DNA of 64,000 nucleotides from Planctomycetota bacterium (lineage in GTDB: Bacteria > Planctomycetota > Planctomycetia > Pirellulales > Lacipirellulaceae). The stretch is taken from positions 32,001 through 96,000 of the forward strand of contig JBCCXZ010000001.1 of NCBI GenBank assembly GCA_039190745.1, written 5' to 3'. Shown piece after piece: positions 20,490 to 31,964 of this stretch. The notes below the pieces were generated by a model that saw only the letters and a program-made list of their open reading frames with translations, had not been told where the DNA came from and did no database searches. Each line of letters begins with the position of its first letter. The first letter of the stretch is position 1. The translations under genes were made by a program, and so were the position numbers.

Positions 20490-21518
20490 TCACTCGCCCG
20501 CTGTTGCCCCCTGGTTGCCGACGGCCAGTCTGTCGTGCAGCCAGTTTTGGATCACCCAACCGACCTTGCCGAGCGATTCGGCAGAGCAGCGGGCCGGCGT
20601 GTCCTGGGTCGTGTGCCAGAAGCGGTTCCACCGGTCCGGGTAATTGAAATCGATTACGTCGATCGTTGTGATCTTCGCGATGTTGTTGAGCGGCAGGTGG
20701 TCGTCGCTCACTTCGTAGCGTGCGACCGGGATAAACTCTTCGACGCCGAGCCGTTCGGCGGTGCTCCAGATCTCTTTGACGATGGGTCGGGTGGAGGGCA
20801 TCGTGGCGCTGCGGGTCTCTTGGAAGACCGAAAGCTCCTTGTCGCCAACCATGTCGAGCAGCACGCCGGCTTGGTAGCGGTAAGCGGGCGGTTTCTTTCG
20901 GTACTGGCGGGCGAACCAAGTGCTCCCCAGGAAGTACTTGTCCTTGCGGTCGTCGTAGACCAGCTCTTCCGCGTCGAAGAAGACAAAGTCGAGGCCGAGG
21001 CCCGTGGGCATCTCGTCGACGTGGTTCCCCAACTCCATCAATGCAGCGACGCCGCTCCCGCCGTCGTTCGCGCCTAGGAACACCGCCCTGCGGAGTCTCG
21101 GGTTCGGGTCGCGATCTGGATAGGGCCGTGTGTCGTAGTGGGCGCAAAGGAGGATCCGCTCTTCGGCCTCTGGCCTCCACTCGACGATCAGGTTTGCCAA
21201 CTGCACGCGGCGTCCTGTCAGCGGGTGGCGGTACGAAAACTCCTGCAGCCACGCCTCCGCCCCCAGCTCTCGAAAGTGGCCCAGCAACAGCTGCTGCTGC
21301 TTGAGCATCCCCTCGGTGCCGGAAATGCGGGGCCCAGTACCGCAGACTTGCTTGAGGTAGCCGTACGCCCGCTTCCCATCGAAACGATCGCCTTGTACAG
21401 CAGCATTACGGTCCGGATTCTCCGACGCGGCCTCGCGGACCGGCGTTACCTGGCTGAGTAGGCAGAATGCTAGCAAGAGCCGTGCGGGCTTGTTCAATCG
21501 ATCGAGCATGGCGTGCAT
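20490..21518 (-). CDS. M28 family metallopeptidase / glutaminyl cyclase-like, secreted
   Basis: [29 protein letters not shown], WHTxxD Zn-ligand motifs. Signal peptide. Confidence 0.9.
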   Translation of the reverse strand: MHAMLDRLNKPARLLLAFCLLSQVTPVREAASENPDRNAAVQGDRFDGKRAYGYLKQVCGTGPRISGTEGMLKQQQLLLGHFRELGAEAWLQEFSYRHPLTGRRVQLANLIVEWRPEAEERILLCAHYDTRPYPDRDPNPRLRRAVFLGANDGGSGVAALMELGNHVDEMPTGLGLDFVFFDAEELVYDDRKDKYFLGSTWFARQYRKKPPAYRYQAGVLLDMVGDKELSVFQETRSATMPSTRPIVKEIWSTAERLGVEEFIPVARYEVSDDHLPLNNIAKITTIDVIDFNYPDRWNRFWHTTQDTPARCSAESLGKVGWVIQNWLHDRLAVGNQGATAGE

Positions 21519-21688
21519 ACCAATTAGTTTACCCGTCCGCCCTTAGACGGGCGACCTGGGGTGAACGGCCTCTCTTGCTGCGTCCGGCAGGCCTGCCTAG
21601 ACTCCCCGCCCCCACGGTCCAGACACCCGGCATTGGATGGTTCCATGCCGGTGCGACGGGCCGTCCCACCCGCCGAGGCAGGAGTGCT

Positions 21689-22303
21689 ATGTCGACCGAC
21701 CCGAAGCAACTTGTTCAGGACGTCCTCCACCTGCAGGAAACTACCGTCGCGGCTTGGCACGAGGAGGAGATTGCCAATCGGTACGACGGCCTGCTGGCGA
21801 CGGTCTGCACTCAGCACGAATTCAACTTTCGACTCTGGCACGAAGAAGACATTGCTCGCAGCCCCGACGTGAGCGACGCCCGCATCGCCGCGGTCAAGCG
21901 AGCGATCGACGGATACAACCAGCAACGCAACGACTGGATCGAGCGGATCGACGAGGCGTTACTCGATGAGCTCAATCGCTTCGGGGTTCAGGCCGGGGAG
22001 TCGGCGCCGCTCAACACCGAGACCCCCGGCAGCGCGATCGACCGGCTGTCGATTATGTCGCTGCGGATTTATCACTTGCGGGAGCAGCTTGAGCGCGACG
22101 GGGTCGGAGCAGAGCACTTCGCCAAGGTCAACGAGAAGCTCGCACGCTGCAGGCTTCAGCTGAAGGACCTCTCGACCTCGCTGGCCGAGCACCTCGCGGA
22201 CTTGTTCTCAGGCAGGAAGCATCTGCGGGTCTACCGGCAGATGAAGATGTACAACGACCCAACGCTCAACCCGTACCTGTACGACAAGTCCCAGGCCGCC
22301 TAG
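21689..22303 (+). CDS. DUF4254 domain protein
   Basis: [54 protein letters not shown] after AGGAG. Confidence 0.85.
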   Translation: MSTDPKQLVQDVLHLQETTVAAWHEEEIANRYDGLLATVCTQHEFNFRLWHEEDIARSPDVSDARIAAVKRAIDGYNQQRNDWIERIDEALLDELNRFGVQAGESAPLNTETPGSAIDRLSIMSLRIYHLREQLERDGVGAEHFAKVNEKLARCRLQLKDLSTSLAEHLADLFSGRKHLRVYRQMKMYNDPTLNPYLYDKSQAA

Positions 22304-23343
22304 GCGGTCTGCAGGCCTGGCTGCGTCCCCAAGAGTTCTCCGCAGGCTTCGCCAACCATCTCGGTCGTGATCGCCCGCATGGCGGAGTCGTCGTTGTGGC
22401 GGCGTCTGCCGGGCTTGTCGTCGTAGGCTGCTTGCACGGTCCTGTGAGCCGGTCCGTAGGCGCCCGTCTCCGCGGCCAGAGAGGTGCCGTGCAAGCTGAT
22501 GCTCGGCGTGCCGACCGCCACCGCCAGGTGGAGCGGACCGGTGTCGGACCCGACGAACAGCCGCGCGTGCCTCGAGAGTGACGCGAGCTGCGTCATGGTC
22601 GTCGCGGGCGCGAGGATGGCCGCCCCCTCCGAGGCGGCGACGATCTGCTCGGCAAGCGGCTCTTCCTGCGCTCCGCCCCACACGGCGAGCGAGCGTATCC
22701 CATGTTCTTTCTGCAGGCGTGCGGCAAGCCCTCCGTAACGCTCGGGCGGCCAGCGTTTGGAGGCCCAACCGGCGCCGGGGTTTACGATTGCAAACGGCTC
22801 TTCGGCAAGCCCGAGTTCCGCCAGAGAGGCCTTCGCAAACTCCTGGTCCGCGGGGTTCTCGGGCATGCGGAACGCAGCAGGTTCGTGCCCCGCGCCCAGG
22901 TAATGGGCGAGCGCGAGGTAACGGTCGATCACGTGATCTGCCGAGACGGCGATCCGCTCGTTGTTCAGAAGCTTACTGACTTCGCGTCCCAGTGGGCCGG
23001 CGTAGCCGATCCGCCGGGGCGCCCCGCTGAGTCGGGCGGCGATTGCGCTCTTCGATAAGCACTGCAGGTCGACGGTCGTATCGAACCGGAGGGCGCGGAG
23101 CTCCCGGGCGGCCCGCATCACCTCGCGGCGTGACTTGAGCCACCGCCGCCGGACGCGGATCAGGTGGTCGATCGCGGGGTGGCCTTCGAGCAGGTCGCCG
23201 TTCCGGCCCTCGACGACCCAACCGATTTCTGCTTCCGGGAACGCGTCGCGGAGTGCGCACGCCACGGGGATGCCGTGGATGACGTCGCCCATCGCGCTGA
23301 GGCGGACGATTAGGATCCGTTGAGGTTGGAGCTCCCGTGGCAT
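22300..23343 (-). CDS. Glycosyltransferase family 9 (LPS heptosyltransferase, WaaC/WaaF-like)
   Basis: [39 protein letters not shown]. Confidence 0.92.
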   Translation of the reverse strand: MPRELQPQRILIVRLSAMGDVIHGIPVACALRDAFPEAEIGWVVEGRNGDLLEGHPAIDHLIRVRRRWLKSRREVMRAARELRALRFDTTVDLQCLSKSAIAARLSGAPRRIGYAGPLGREVSKLLNNERIAVSADHVIDRYLALAHYLGAGHEPAAFRMPENPADQEFAKASLAELGLAEEPFAIVNPGAGWASKRWPPERYGGLAARLQKEHGIRSLAVWGGAQEEPLAEQIVAASEGAAILAPATTMTQLASLSRHARLFVGSDTGPLHLAVAVGTPSISLHGTSLAAETGAYGPAHRTVQAAYDDKPGRRRHNDDSAMRAITTEMVGEACGELLGTQPGLQTA

Positions 23344-23593
23344 GCTGTTCTGCTCGGGTTTGACGCCTGCTGCTCCCGTTCTCGGGAGGGCTGCGGCAGG
23401 CCGTTTGGCGAGCCTAACAGCACCGGTTGATTGCTACAACGTCGCCAACCGGGCCGCTGCGCATGAACTGCCGGTGAAGAATCCAAACCGCTTGTTGACC
23501 GGCCTCTGGCGGCTGCTGAGAATGGCCCAGCAACGGCCGCGAAATCCCCGGCCCGCTCCAGACGACCGACTGCCCCAGCCGAGAAAACACCGC

Positions 23594-24337
23594 ATGGACA
23601 ACGATTTGTTCGACAGGGTTTACCCCGAACGCCGGTTTGGGGGCTATACCCGGGTCGACGGCACCGTGGAGTTCTTCACACGCGTCCAGGCGATCGCTTG
23701 CGGGTCGGAGACCCTGCTCGACGCCGGATGCGGCCGCGGGATGCACCTGATCGAGGGCAGCGAGTTCAAGTGCAAACTGGCTAATTTCAAGGCTCCCGGC
23801 CGCAAGGTGATCGGCATCGACGTCGACCCCGTCGCGGAGACGAACCCCGGCATCGACGAGTTCCGGAAAATCGAGGAGTCGGGCGGTTGGCCGGTGGAAG
23901 ACGCCTCGGTCGACGTGATCGTCTCGAACTCGGTCGTCGAGCACCTCGGCGACGCGGACGCCTACTTCGCTGAGTGCAGCCGGGTCCTCAAGCCGGGGGG
24001 GACCGTCTGCGTCCGCACCTACAACGTGTGGAACTACGTCGGTCTGGCCTCGCGGCTGATCCCGAACAAGTACCACGCTCGGGTCACCTCGACGGTGCAG
24101 AAGACGCGCAAAGAAGAAGATGTCTTCGACACCTACTACCGGTGCAACACGCGGCGGAAGCTGAAGAAGGCCTTCGAGCGGGCGGGCCTGGAATGCTGCG
24201 TTTACACATTCGAGGCCGAGCCTTCTTATCTTCAGTTTAACCCGCTGGTGTTCCGCATTGGCGCGCTCGTCCACAAGTGGATGCCGTCGCCGCTTCGGTG
24301 GGCGCTCTTGGGGTTCGCGACCAAGCCGGCGGGCTGA
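23594..24337 (+). CDS. Class I SAM-dependent methyltransferase (glycan-associated)
   Basis: LLDAGCGRG, SVVEHL, RVLKPGG. Confidence 0.85.
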   Translation: MDNDLFDRVYPERRFGGYTRVDGTVEFFTRVQAIACGSETLLDAGCGRGMHLIEGSEFKCKLANFKAPGRKVIGIDVDPVAETNPGIDEFRKIEESGGWPVEDASVDVIVSNSVVEHLGDADAYFAECSRVLKPGGTVCVRTYNVWNYVGLASRLIPNKYHARVTSTVQKTRKEEDVFDTYYRCNTRRKLKKAFERAGLECCVYTFEAEPSYLQFNPLVFRIGALVHKWMPSPLRWALLGFATKPAG

Positions 24338-24354
24338 CCCGATCTGCGGTCCGG

Positions 24355-26007
24355 CTAGTACGCGCCCCTTGAGAACAGCACGGTCTTGACCGTCCTGGCG
24401 AGCAGGTACAGGTCCAGCCACGGCGACCAGTGGTGGACGTAGTACACGTCTAGCTGCACCCGCTCGTCGTAGGTCGTGTCGTTGCGTCCGCACACTTGCC
24501 ACATGCCCGTCATCCCGGGCAGGACCGTGCAGAAGGTCTCGAAGTGCTCGCCGTACTTGACGATCTCGGCGTCGACGATCGGCCGAGGCCCCACCGAGCT
24601 CATGTCCCCGCGGAGCACGTTCCAGAGCTGCGGCAACTCGTCCAGGCTCCACTTCCGCATGAACTTGCCGAGGCTGTTCACGCGTGGGTCGTTCTTCAGC
24701 TTGTGGTCGCGTTCCCACTCTTCGCGGAACTCGGGGTGCTTCTCCAAGTACTGATCGAGGACCTTATCGGCGTCGACGCACATGGTGCGGAACTTCCAGG
24801 CCATGAACCGGGTGTTCCCGCGTCCGATCCGTTTGTGCCCGTAGAAGATGGGGCCCTTCGACGTGAGCTTCACGGCTACGGCGAGGGCGATCAGCAGCGG
24901 CGAGAGGGCGATGCCCGCGGCGATACCGATCGCGAGGTCCATTGCGCGTTTCACAAGCTGCGGGACCGGCAACAGCAGGTGCTGCTCGATCGTGAAGCCC
25001 GAGAGGCCTTCATCCATCTGGTGGCGGTCCCAGTGGTCGGGCATCCCCGTGCTTTCCGATACGACAAACACGTGCGGCAGGTTGGTCAGGTACTGGTCGA
25101 CCATCCGGGTGCGGTCGGTCTCGGCATCCGGCGAATCGACCATGACGGCCCAGTAGGCGTTGTGCTTGTTCGCCAGCTCGCGGGCTTCTTCCCAGGGGCC
25201 GATGTAGCGCGGCGTCTCGGCGTCGAGTTCGAGCCTTTCGGGGTCGGTGACAACACCGATCGGACGCAGCCCGAGGCGGCGGTTGTTGTCCAGCCACTCG
25301 CAGACGCTGAAGACGGTTGTGTCGTGGCCGCAGACCAGCGTGGGGAAGCCCCACCAATCGGTCTTCGCTAGGGCGCGGCGGAGTTTGCTCCGGACCACGG
25401 GGGCGGCTACCACGCAGACCGCGTACGCAAGGATCAGGAAGCACAACCGTTCGCCAAACTTGATTTGTGTCGGGTGCAGGCGAGCCGCCGTGATTAGGGC
25501 AACGATGGTGTAGGAAAGCGTCAGCTTTCGGATTTCATCGACGACCCCTAAGCGGACCCCGGGGTACAAGCCCGATATTGCGTTAAGAAGCAGCAAGGCT
25601 GCCGCAACCGGCGGCAGCCAGACGGTCGCCCGGGAAGTAGCGTCGGCGGCGATCAGCCAGTCCAGGCCGACGAAACTGCAGCAGAATATACCGCCCAGCA
25701 GCACGGCTAAGTCGCCCAGCACGAGTGGTGCGGTCGTCAATAGCAATTGGCGGAGGTAGGCGAGGCTGCCCTTCTCGCGACGCGGGGGCAGTTTGACGGG
25801 CGCCTTAATGGCGCCGGTGAGCTTAGGGATGGTGAGCTGGCTCCGGTGGGTCCCGCGTAGACCGATCTTCCGCTCCGCAACGGCAGCGGAGGCATCGGGT
25901 CGGGTTTCGGGTGCTTGCGGTAGTGCGGCGTCTTCGGGCGTTTTCGGTGACTCAAACCCGTTTGAGTTTCCCCGCGGCGTGCCGGGCTGGGTTGTTTCGG
26001 TGGCCAA
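24355..26007 (-). CDS. wbaP: Undecaprenyl-phosphate hexose-1-phosphate transferase (WbaP-like initiating transferase)
   Basis: N-terminal TMs plus Bac_transf motifs KRAMD, KFRTM, KLKNDPR, SLDELPQLWNVLRGDMS.VGPRP, PGMTG.WQV. TTG start after GAGAGG. Confidence 0.9.
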   Translation of the reverse strand: MATETTQPGTPRGNSNGFESPKTPEDAALPQAPETRPDASAAVAERKIGLRGTHRSQLTIPKLTGAIKAPVKLPPRREKGSLAYLRQLLLTTAPLVLGDLAVLLGGIFCCSFVGLDWLIAADATSRATVWLPPVAAALLLLNAISGLYPGVRLGVVDEIRKLTLSYTIVALITAARLHPTQIKFGERLCFLILAYAVCVVAAPVVRSKLRRALAKTDWWGFPTLVCGHDTTVFSVCEWLDNNRRLGLRPIGVVTDPERLELDAETPRYIGPWEEARELANKHNAYWAVMVDSPDAETDRTRMVDQYLTNLPHVFVVSESTGMPDHWDRHQMDEGLSGFTIEQHLLLPVPQLVKRAMDLAIGIAAGIALSPLLIALAVAVKLTSKGPIFYGHKRIGRGNTRFMAWKFRTMCVDADKVLDQYLEKHPEFREEWERDHKLKNDPRVNSLGKFMRKWSLDELPQLWNVLRGDMSSVGPRPIVDAEIVKYGEHFETFCTVLPGMTGMWQVCGRNDTTYDERVQLDVYYVHHWSPWLDLYLLARTVKTVLFSRGAY

Positions 26008-26827
26008 TGCTCTTCCTCTCGGAGTTGCCGTACTCGTGTGCAGCGGGTTTCTGAGTTGCTTCTTAAGCGGGCGGGTGTCTCCCGGTCCGCGGTTGTCTTT
26101 TAGGCCTATCAGCGTATTCGGTGAGCTTCTCTGAACTAGTGTCCTGGGCGATGAGTCTAATCAGACGAGTCTAATCGTAAGATGAAGAAGAAGAAAAGAA
26201 CCGGCAAGAACCTTGATTGATTGGGGAGTCGCTGATTGGGGGAGACATGTCCAGCTGGCCTGGGGCGACGGCTTAGACGTACTTGCTGCGATGGGAGTTC
26301 CGTGGGTTGGTGGAGACTGTTTGCCCCGCCAGCCATATAGGGTAGCCGGATCGGACGCCGTCCGGTGGCTTTTGGTCTGCAAAGCGTATGCCGAGCACCG
26401 CCTACAGAGCCGTCGGCCGAGGTTCGTGGGGCTTCATGACCAGGTTGTTGCCGCACGAGGGGCTCCGATTGGGTCTGCTTTCGCTGGAAGGCGAACTCGC
26501 CAACCCTCCGCCCTAAGGTCGACGCAACCCACCTTACCGGACCCGCCCGCGTGGTCTCCGGGCAACTCGGATGTGTACATGGTACAACGGGTGCCATGCT
26601 TGCTTGCGGGGAGCAGCCTGCGGGAATTCTGACGCCTCAGGCCGTAAACCTCTATGATTCTCCCGCTAAGCCATTGTCAAACCTGGTCGCGGAACGCGGC
26701 GTGCTCTGGTCCCAGAGCACACAGGTTCCGAGTCAAGCCGGTTCCGATCGCAACGAGTAGGACCCACCCGCCCCCTGCCGCGTGCCGGTAGCACTTTGGG
26801 GTGAACCGAGCCAATCAGTCTGAGCGT

Positions 26828-28381
26828 ATGAGCACCGCCAACGTCATGACGTTCAACGTCCTGGTGACCTTCGCCAGGATGGGCACGACCGTGTGCATGG
26901 GGCTGTACGCGACCCGGCTGCTCGTGGAGTCCTTGGGCAAGATCGACTACGGGATCTATGGGCTACTAGGGGGCGGCGCCGCCATGCTCCTGCTCGTGCA
27001 GGCCTCGCTCGTCTTGAGCGCCCAGCGGCACATGGCCCACGAAATAGGCCGCGATGATCAGGAGCAGCTCCGCGCTGTGTTCTCGACCAGCTTGGTGTTG
27101 TTCGCGGTCGTTGCTCTGCTGCTCACGGCGCTCGGCGCGGCGATGACTCCGCTACTGCTCGACTACCTCGAGTACCCTGCCGAACGCAGAGAAGCGGTTG
27201 CCGTTACCTGGTATTCCACCTTGGTCATCTCTGCGGCCTTGGTCATGAAAGCCCCCTTCAACGCCTTGTTCATGGCCCGCCAATTCATGGCGCGAGAGGC
27301 GCTCCTGCACGGGGCGTCAATGATGGTTTATCTCGGTATCGCGTTGGCGGTGCACTCGTACGAGGGCGACCGGCTGATCTTCTTCGGCGTTGCGGTAGCT
27401 GTTTACCGGGCTCTCGAGGTCGTAGTGATGGGCCTGATCGCGGCCCGCACGTTCGACGAGGGTCGGCTGCGTCTCGGTTCTTTGAAGCCCGCGATCTTCC
27501 GCGAGTTGCTCACGTTCGGCGGGTGGGGGTTCCTGGACGCCCTCGCGTGGCGGATGAGGCAGCTGGGAGGCAACCTCATCCTGAACCCCTTCTTTGGCCC
27601 CTCGATCAACGCGGCTTATTCTGTGGGTTCGCAGGTCCAGATGTACGAGTACAGCCTCGCCTGGACCATCACGCGGGCCACGAACCCCGTCATCATCCAG
27701 AAGCACGCGGCGGGCAACCTGGAGTTCGTCCGACGCTTGATCCTCTCGGTCTGCCGCATCAGCTCCTTCTTTGCGGCCGCTGCCTGCATGCCGTTCGTGA
27801 TCGAGATGGAATATATCATCGACGTCTGGCTCGAAGACCCGCCTCCGGGAACCGCGTTGTTCTGTCGGGTGATGCTCCTGACCATCCTCTGCGAGCAGCT
27901 CGCCTGCGGTTTTCTCTCCGGGATCCAAGCGGTGGGCCGGGTCGGGGTTTACCATTCCGCGACCGCCGTGGCGACGTTCGTCCCGATGGCGGTCGCGTGG
28001 ATTGCCTTCCGAAACGGGTTCGAGAACCCCCAGTTGCTGGTTCAGTTGGTCCTGGCGGGGATCGCCGTGGTCGTCGGATTCCGGGCCTGGTACGTGGGCC
28101 GCATTTTGGGGATCCGCTTTACGAGTTGGCTCGGCGACGTCGTGGGTCGCGTTGCCGTTTCTGTCGGCACGGCCTGCACGGCTTCGGTCGTCGCGGCAAG
28201 CCTTGTCGAGGCGCCTTCAATCGCTAGATTCGTCCTCGTCGCGACCGTGTTTTGGGGGGTGCTTGGCCCGATGGTCTGGCTGATCGGGGCCCACCGAGAC
28301 GAGAAGGAGAAAGCAGTGGCCTGGTTGGCTACACTGTCCGCTAAGCTCCGCAGAGCCCGCCCGCCCCGTGGTTCGATGTGA
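26828..28381 (+). CDS. wzx: Wzx-type polysaccharide flippase
   Basis: About 12-14 TMs, LGKIDYGIYGL motif, first gene of the glycan cluster. Confidence 0.8.
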   Translation: MSTANVMTFNVLVTFARMGTTVCMGLYATRLLVESLGKIDYGIYGLLGGGAAMLLLVQASLVLSAQRHMAHEIGRDDQEQLRAVFSTSLVLFAVVALLLTALGAAMTPLLLDYLEYPAERREAVAVTWYSTLVISAALVMKAPFNALFMARQFMAREALLHGASMMVYLGIALAVHSYEGDRLIFFGVAVAVYRALEVVVMGLIAARTFDEGRLRLGSLKPAIFRELLTFGGWGFLDALAWRMRQLGGNLILNPFFGPSINAAYSVGSQVQMYEYSLAWTITRATNPVIIQKHAAGNLEFVRRLILSVCRISSFFAAAACMPFVIEMEYIIDVWLEDPPPGTALFCRVMLLTILCEQLACGFLSGIQAVGRVGVYHSATAVATFVPMAVAWIAFRNGFENPQLLVQLVLAGIAVVVGFRAWYVGRILGIRFTSWLGDVVGRVAVSVGTACTASVVAASLVEAPSIARFVLVATVFWGVLGPMVWLIGAHRDEKEKAVAWLATLSAKLRRARPPRGSM

Positions 28382-28527
28382 CCCCTAAGCAGAGGCGATG
28401 AACCCGAGACTCCCGCCTATCGGGGTCTCGCAAGACATGGAAACAGAAGAAGCGGAATCGGATATCGCTGCCTAATCTGCCCGACGCACAGGATGCTCGA
28501 CTCCACCATCGACAGAAAGCACCCACC

Positions 28528-29178
28528 GTGAAGAAGCTGCTCCGTCAGATTCCACTTGTTGGCGATCTAGCCGTCAAAGCCCGCAGCGTGAAGCGGTCGA
28601 TTATCGACCGCAAGCGGCTTCAGACCTACGTCCGGCAGGCCCCGGAGTTGAAGATCGTAATCGGCGCTGGCAACCTGCACGACAAGAGCTGGTGCCCCAC
28701 GGAGGTTGATTACCTCAACCTGCTCGAACGCGACCAATGGCTCGGCTACTTCAGCGAGCGGAAGATCGACTGCATCCTTGCGGAGCACGTTTGGGAACAC
28801 CTGACGCAGGAGCAAGGAGCCGCCGCCGCCCGGAACTGTTTCGAGTTCCTCAAGCCCGGAGGGTACCTGCGTGTAGCGGTGCCGGACGGCAACCACCCGG
28901 ACCCGCAGTATATCGAGAAGGTCAAGCCCGGCGGCACTGGTCCCGGCGCCCACGACCACAAGATGCTCTACACCCACAAGACCTTCGGCGGCCTGTTCGA
29001 AGGGGTTGGGTTCCAGGTCCGATTACTCGAGTACTTCGACGACGAAGGCAATTTTCAGGCCAACGACTGGAACACCGACCAAGGGACCATCAACCGCTCG
29101 CAGCGCGTTGATCCACGCAATCAAAACGGCAAACTCGTCTACACCTCAGTAATCGTAGATGCCGTGAAGCCCGAGTAG
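28528..29178 (+). CDS. SAM-dependent methyltransferase (type 11-like)
   Basis: IVIGAG, AEHVWEHL, LKPGGYLRVAVPD. Confidence 0.82.
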   Translation: MKKLLRQIPLVGDLAVKARSVKRSIIDRKRLQTYVRQAPELKIVIGAGNLHDKSWCPTEVDYLNLLERDQWLGYFSERKIDCILAEHVWEHLTQEQGAAAARNCFEFLKPGGYLRVAVPDGNHPDPQYIEKVKPGGTGPGAHDHKMLYTHKTFGGLFEGVGFQVRLLEYFDDEGNFQANDWNTDQGTINRSQRVDPRNQNGKLVYTSVIVDAVKPE

Positions 29179-29232
29179 ACGTACTGCCACTCCCATGCAC
29201 CACCGTGTATTGCACATCACAGTTGCTCTGCC

Positions 29233-30453
29233 ATGCCCGTCGCCTCTGGACAACCTGCGAAGACTGAAGAGCTTCCCTCCCAAAGCAGCGGGACTGGGGA
29301 AACGATCCGGGTCGCGCTGGTCCAGCCTTCTCTTGCGAAGTACCGGATCCCCGTCTTCCGCGAGCTTGCGGCACGCGATGGTATCGACTTGACCGTCTAC
29401 TACGGCACGCGCAGCGATTTGATCAACGCTGAGCCCGAAGGCTTCAAGGCGGTCGCGGCTCCGCTCCACAAGCTGGGGCGGGGCAACCGTTACCTCTTGC
29501 TGCACGGGGCTCAATGGGCTCACGCCACCCGCAAGGCGTGCGACGTGCTCGTGCTGAACTGGACGCCGCGCTACGCTACGCTCATCCCGTCACTATTCAA
29601 GGCCCGGTTCAACGGTGTCCCCACCGTGCTGTGGGGCCACGGGTTCTCAAAGCGCGACCGTCCCTCACGGCAAGCGATGCGGAAGTTCATCGCCGACCGA
29701 GGGTCTGCTCTGCTCTTCTACGATGCCCACACGGCGCAGAAGCAGGTGGACTCCGGGTGGGACGCGGAGCGCATCTTCGTTGCCCCCAACACGGTCGACC
29801 ATACCGGGGCTATTGAGGCCCGTAACGAATGGTCCTCCGACCCAGATCGGCTCGCGGCTTTCCGGCGGGAGCAAGGGCTGGAGCCCGGGCCAGTGCTCCT
29901 CTACGTCTCAAGGCTCGATCCCGCAAACCGGGTCGACATGCTCCTACGAGCCACGGCCAATCTCAAACACGAATGGCCGGACGTCAAAACCGTTGTAATC
30001 GGCAACGGCGACGAGGAGAGGGAGCGGCTCCGGAAGATAGTTGGTGAGCTTGGCATCGAGTCGAGCGTCATTTTTTCGCCCGGCATCTATGACGAGAAGC
30101 GGCTTGCCCCGTGGTTCCTGTCTGCAGCGGCCTATTGCTACCCGGAGAACATTGGCCTAAGTATAATTCATGCAATGGTTTACGGCGTTCCGGTAGTCAC
30201 CAGCGACCGCCGCGAGTGCCAGAATCCGGAATTCGCGGCTCTGACGCCCGGCGAGAATGGGCTGACTTACGCGCACGGCAGCTTGGAAGATCTGTCCGCG
30301 GTGCTCTCCCGCTTGCTGAGCGATACCGAGCAGCAAGGTAAGTTAAGTAGAAATGCCCACGAGACCGCGATGAGCCGGTTCCCGGTCTCGAAAATGGTAG
30401 ACGGCATGGAGGCGGCCATCCGCTACGCCTACGCCAAGCGTACGCAGGGATAA
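29233..30453 (+). CDS. Glycosyltransferase family 4
   Basis: YRIPVFREL, LYVSRL, GLSIIHAMVYGVPVV (GT-B C-terminal motif variant). Confidence 0.85.
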   Translation: MPVASGQPAKTEELPSQSSGTGETIRVALVQPSLAKYRIPVFRELAARDGIDLTVYYGTRSDLINAEPEGFKAVAAPLHKLGRGNRYLLLHGAQWAHATRKACDVLVLNWTPRYATLIPSLFKARFNGVPTVLWGHGFSKRDRPSRQAMRKFIADRGSALLFYDAHTAQKQVDSGWDAERIFVAPNTVDHTGAIEARNEWSSDPDRLAAFRREQGLEPGPVLLYVSRLDPANRVDMLLRATANLKHEWPDVKTVVIGNGDEERERLRKIVGELGIESSVIFSPGIYDEKRLAPWFLSAAAYCYPENIGLSIIHAMVYGVPVVTSDRRECQNPEFAALTPGENGLTYAHGSLEDLSAVLSRLLSDTEQQGKLSRNAHETAMSRFPVSKMVDGMEAAIRYAYAKRTQG

Positions 30454-30543
30454 CGCGAGCACGGAACTCGTTGTCGGGTTCTGGAACACTTCAGAGGCAG
30501 CGGCAATCGAACTAGCCGTTACGACGAGAATAGAGGTAGCCCA

Positions 30544-31935
30544 GTGTTTGCAGCGATGACATCCTCGGTGGAGAGCCTAGTTAGCTTCACGGGCTACTTC
30601 TGCGTGTTCTTTCCGGTATTGCTGGTGCTCTGGAGATACTTCCGTGCAGGCGACGATCTGGTCTCGGCGTGGAACCTCGCCTTGTTTGGTTGCATGGCGT
30701 CGCTCGGCGCCGGCGCCTTTGAGGCCCTCGACCCGCCGAACTCAGTGTTCGAGCTGTACATACCCTTTGAGTTTCCCGCGGCGCACTACGTAGACGTGGT
30801 CTACCGAACCTTCTTCTTCATGGGCTGCCTGCTGCTGTTCTATTACAGCGGCCAGCGCATCAAGAGGTTCGCCGGGAACCGGTTCATCGAAACCCCAGAG
30901 TGGTCAGGTTCGCTGCTGACTTGGGCGCTCTTTATTTGTGCGCTCTCGGTCCTCGGAGGGCTCTTCGTCCGCGTCCCGTTCTTCGGGCAGATCCTCCAGA
31001 ACCTGGGGCAGAAAGGGGCCGTGTTCGCAACGACCTTTACTTTCTACGCCTGGTACAAGAAGAAGGGTTCGATACCCGCCCTACTCCTCTTTGTGGTCGT
31101 GCTCGGCGTGGCGGCCTTGTACGTCACCCAAGTGAACCGCGGCCGGCGACTGCTGCTCACCCTCGCGATGGCCCCTGCCGCCGTGATGTACTGGACCTCC
31201 TGGCGATACAAGAAGCCGGGGCGCGTGCTGTTGTATGGGGGGGTTGCCGGTGCGGCCATTATCACCGTCGGGCTCGCTTACCAGCAGATCCGGCGGTACG
31301 ACCAGCACGGCGGCGGCGAGCGCAGCGTCGCGAATACCATCGCCGCGTTGAGCAACATCAACAGCGACGCGATCGTCGACCAGGTCTCTGGGTGGAAGCA
31401 CACGCTGGGGCAGAACGTCTTCCAGTACGCGATGCTGACCCGTCGCGCCGTCGAGTCGGGGGCCCTCGAGCCCCGCTTTTTGAACACGGTGCAGTTTACG
31501 CTTGCCTACCCGATTCCGCGGAGTTTCTGGGAAGGCAAGCCGCCCCTGGTAGGCATCATCATCATCAAAGCACTCCGTCTGGGCCACGAGACGACCTGGG
31601 GATTGAGCGTCGTCGGGCACTCCTACTACGAAGGCGGCTACCTCGCGATCGCCGTCTACGCCGTGATCATTGTGGTCCTCGTCCGATTGTTCGACGAGCC
31701 GCTCCGCAGGGAACCGGAAAACCCCTTCTTCATCGCGAGCCTGGCGGCCGGGTCGGCCTTTATCGTGTCTTGGGTCCGAGGAGACCTCGGGATCCACACC
31801 GTCGACCTGCTCGAGTGTTTCCTCTTTGCTCAGTTGCTGAACTACTCGTCACGGATGTTCTCCGCGGCCCGGCCTCTCGCCTACGCGCCGCAGTGGCAAC
31901 AGCTCGCCCCGTGGGGTTACTTTCCTAGGCAATAG
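30544..31935 (+). CDS. Wzy-like polysaccharide polymerase
   Basis: About 10 TMs with a large loop, PIPRSFWEGKP and GHSYYEGG motifs, located within the Wzx cluster. Confidence 0.7.
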   Translation: MFAAMTSSVESLVSFTGYFCVFFPVLLVLWRYFRAGDDLVSAWNLALFGCMASLGAGAFEALDPPNSVFELYIPFEFPAAHYVDVVYRTFFFMGCLLLFYYSGQRIKRFAGNRFIETPEWSGSLLTWALFICALSVLGGLFVRVPFFGQILQNLGQKGAVFATTFTFYAWYKKKGSIPALLLFVVVLGVAALYVTQVNRGRRLLLTLAMAPAAVMYWTSWRYKKPGRVLLYGGVAGAAIITVGLAYQQIRRYDQHGGGERSVANTIAALSNINSDAIVDQVSGWKHTLGQNVFQYAMLTRRAVESGALEPRFLNTVQFTLAYPIPRSFWEGKPPLVGIIIIKALRLGHETTWGLSVVGHSYYEGGYLAIAVYAVIIVVLVRLFDEPLRREPENPFFIASLAAGSAFIVSWVRGDLGIHTVDLLECFLFAQLLNYSSRMFSAARPLAYAPQWQQLAPWGYFPRQ

Positions 31936-31964
31936 CCCTGCGCCCGTCTCCCCGCCTCTGTCCG

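Noticed and set aside
26780..26797. ops/JUMPstart-like GCCGGTAGCAC upstream of wzx
   Set aside because: Only a partial match to GGCGGTAGnnTG in high-GC DNA, and no RfaH/NusG paralogue in the window.
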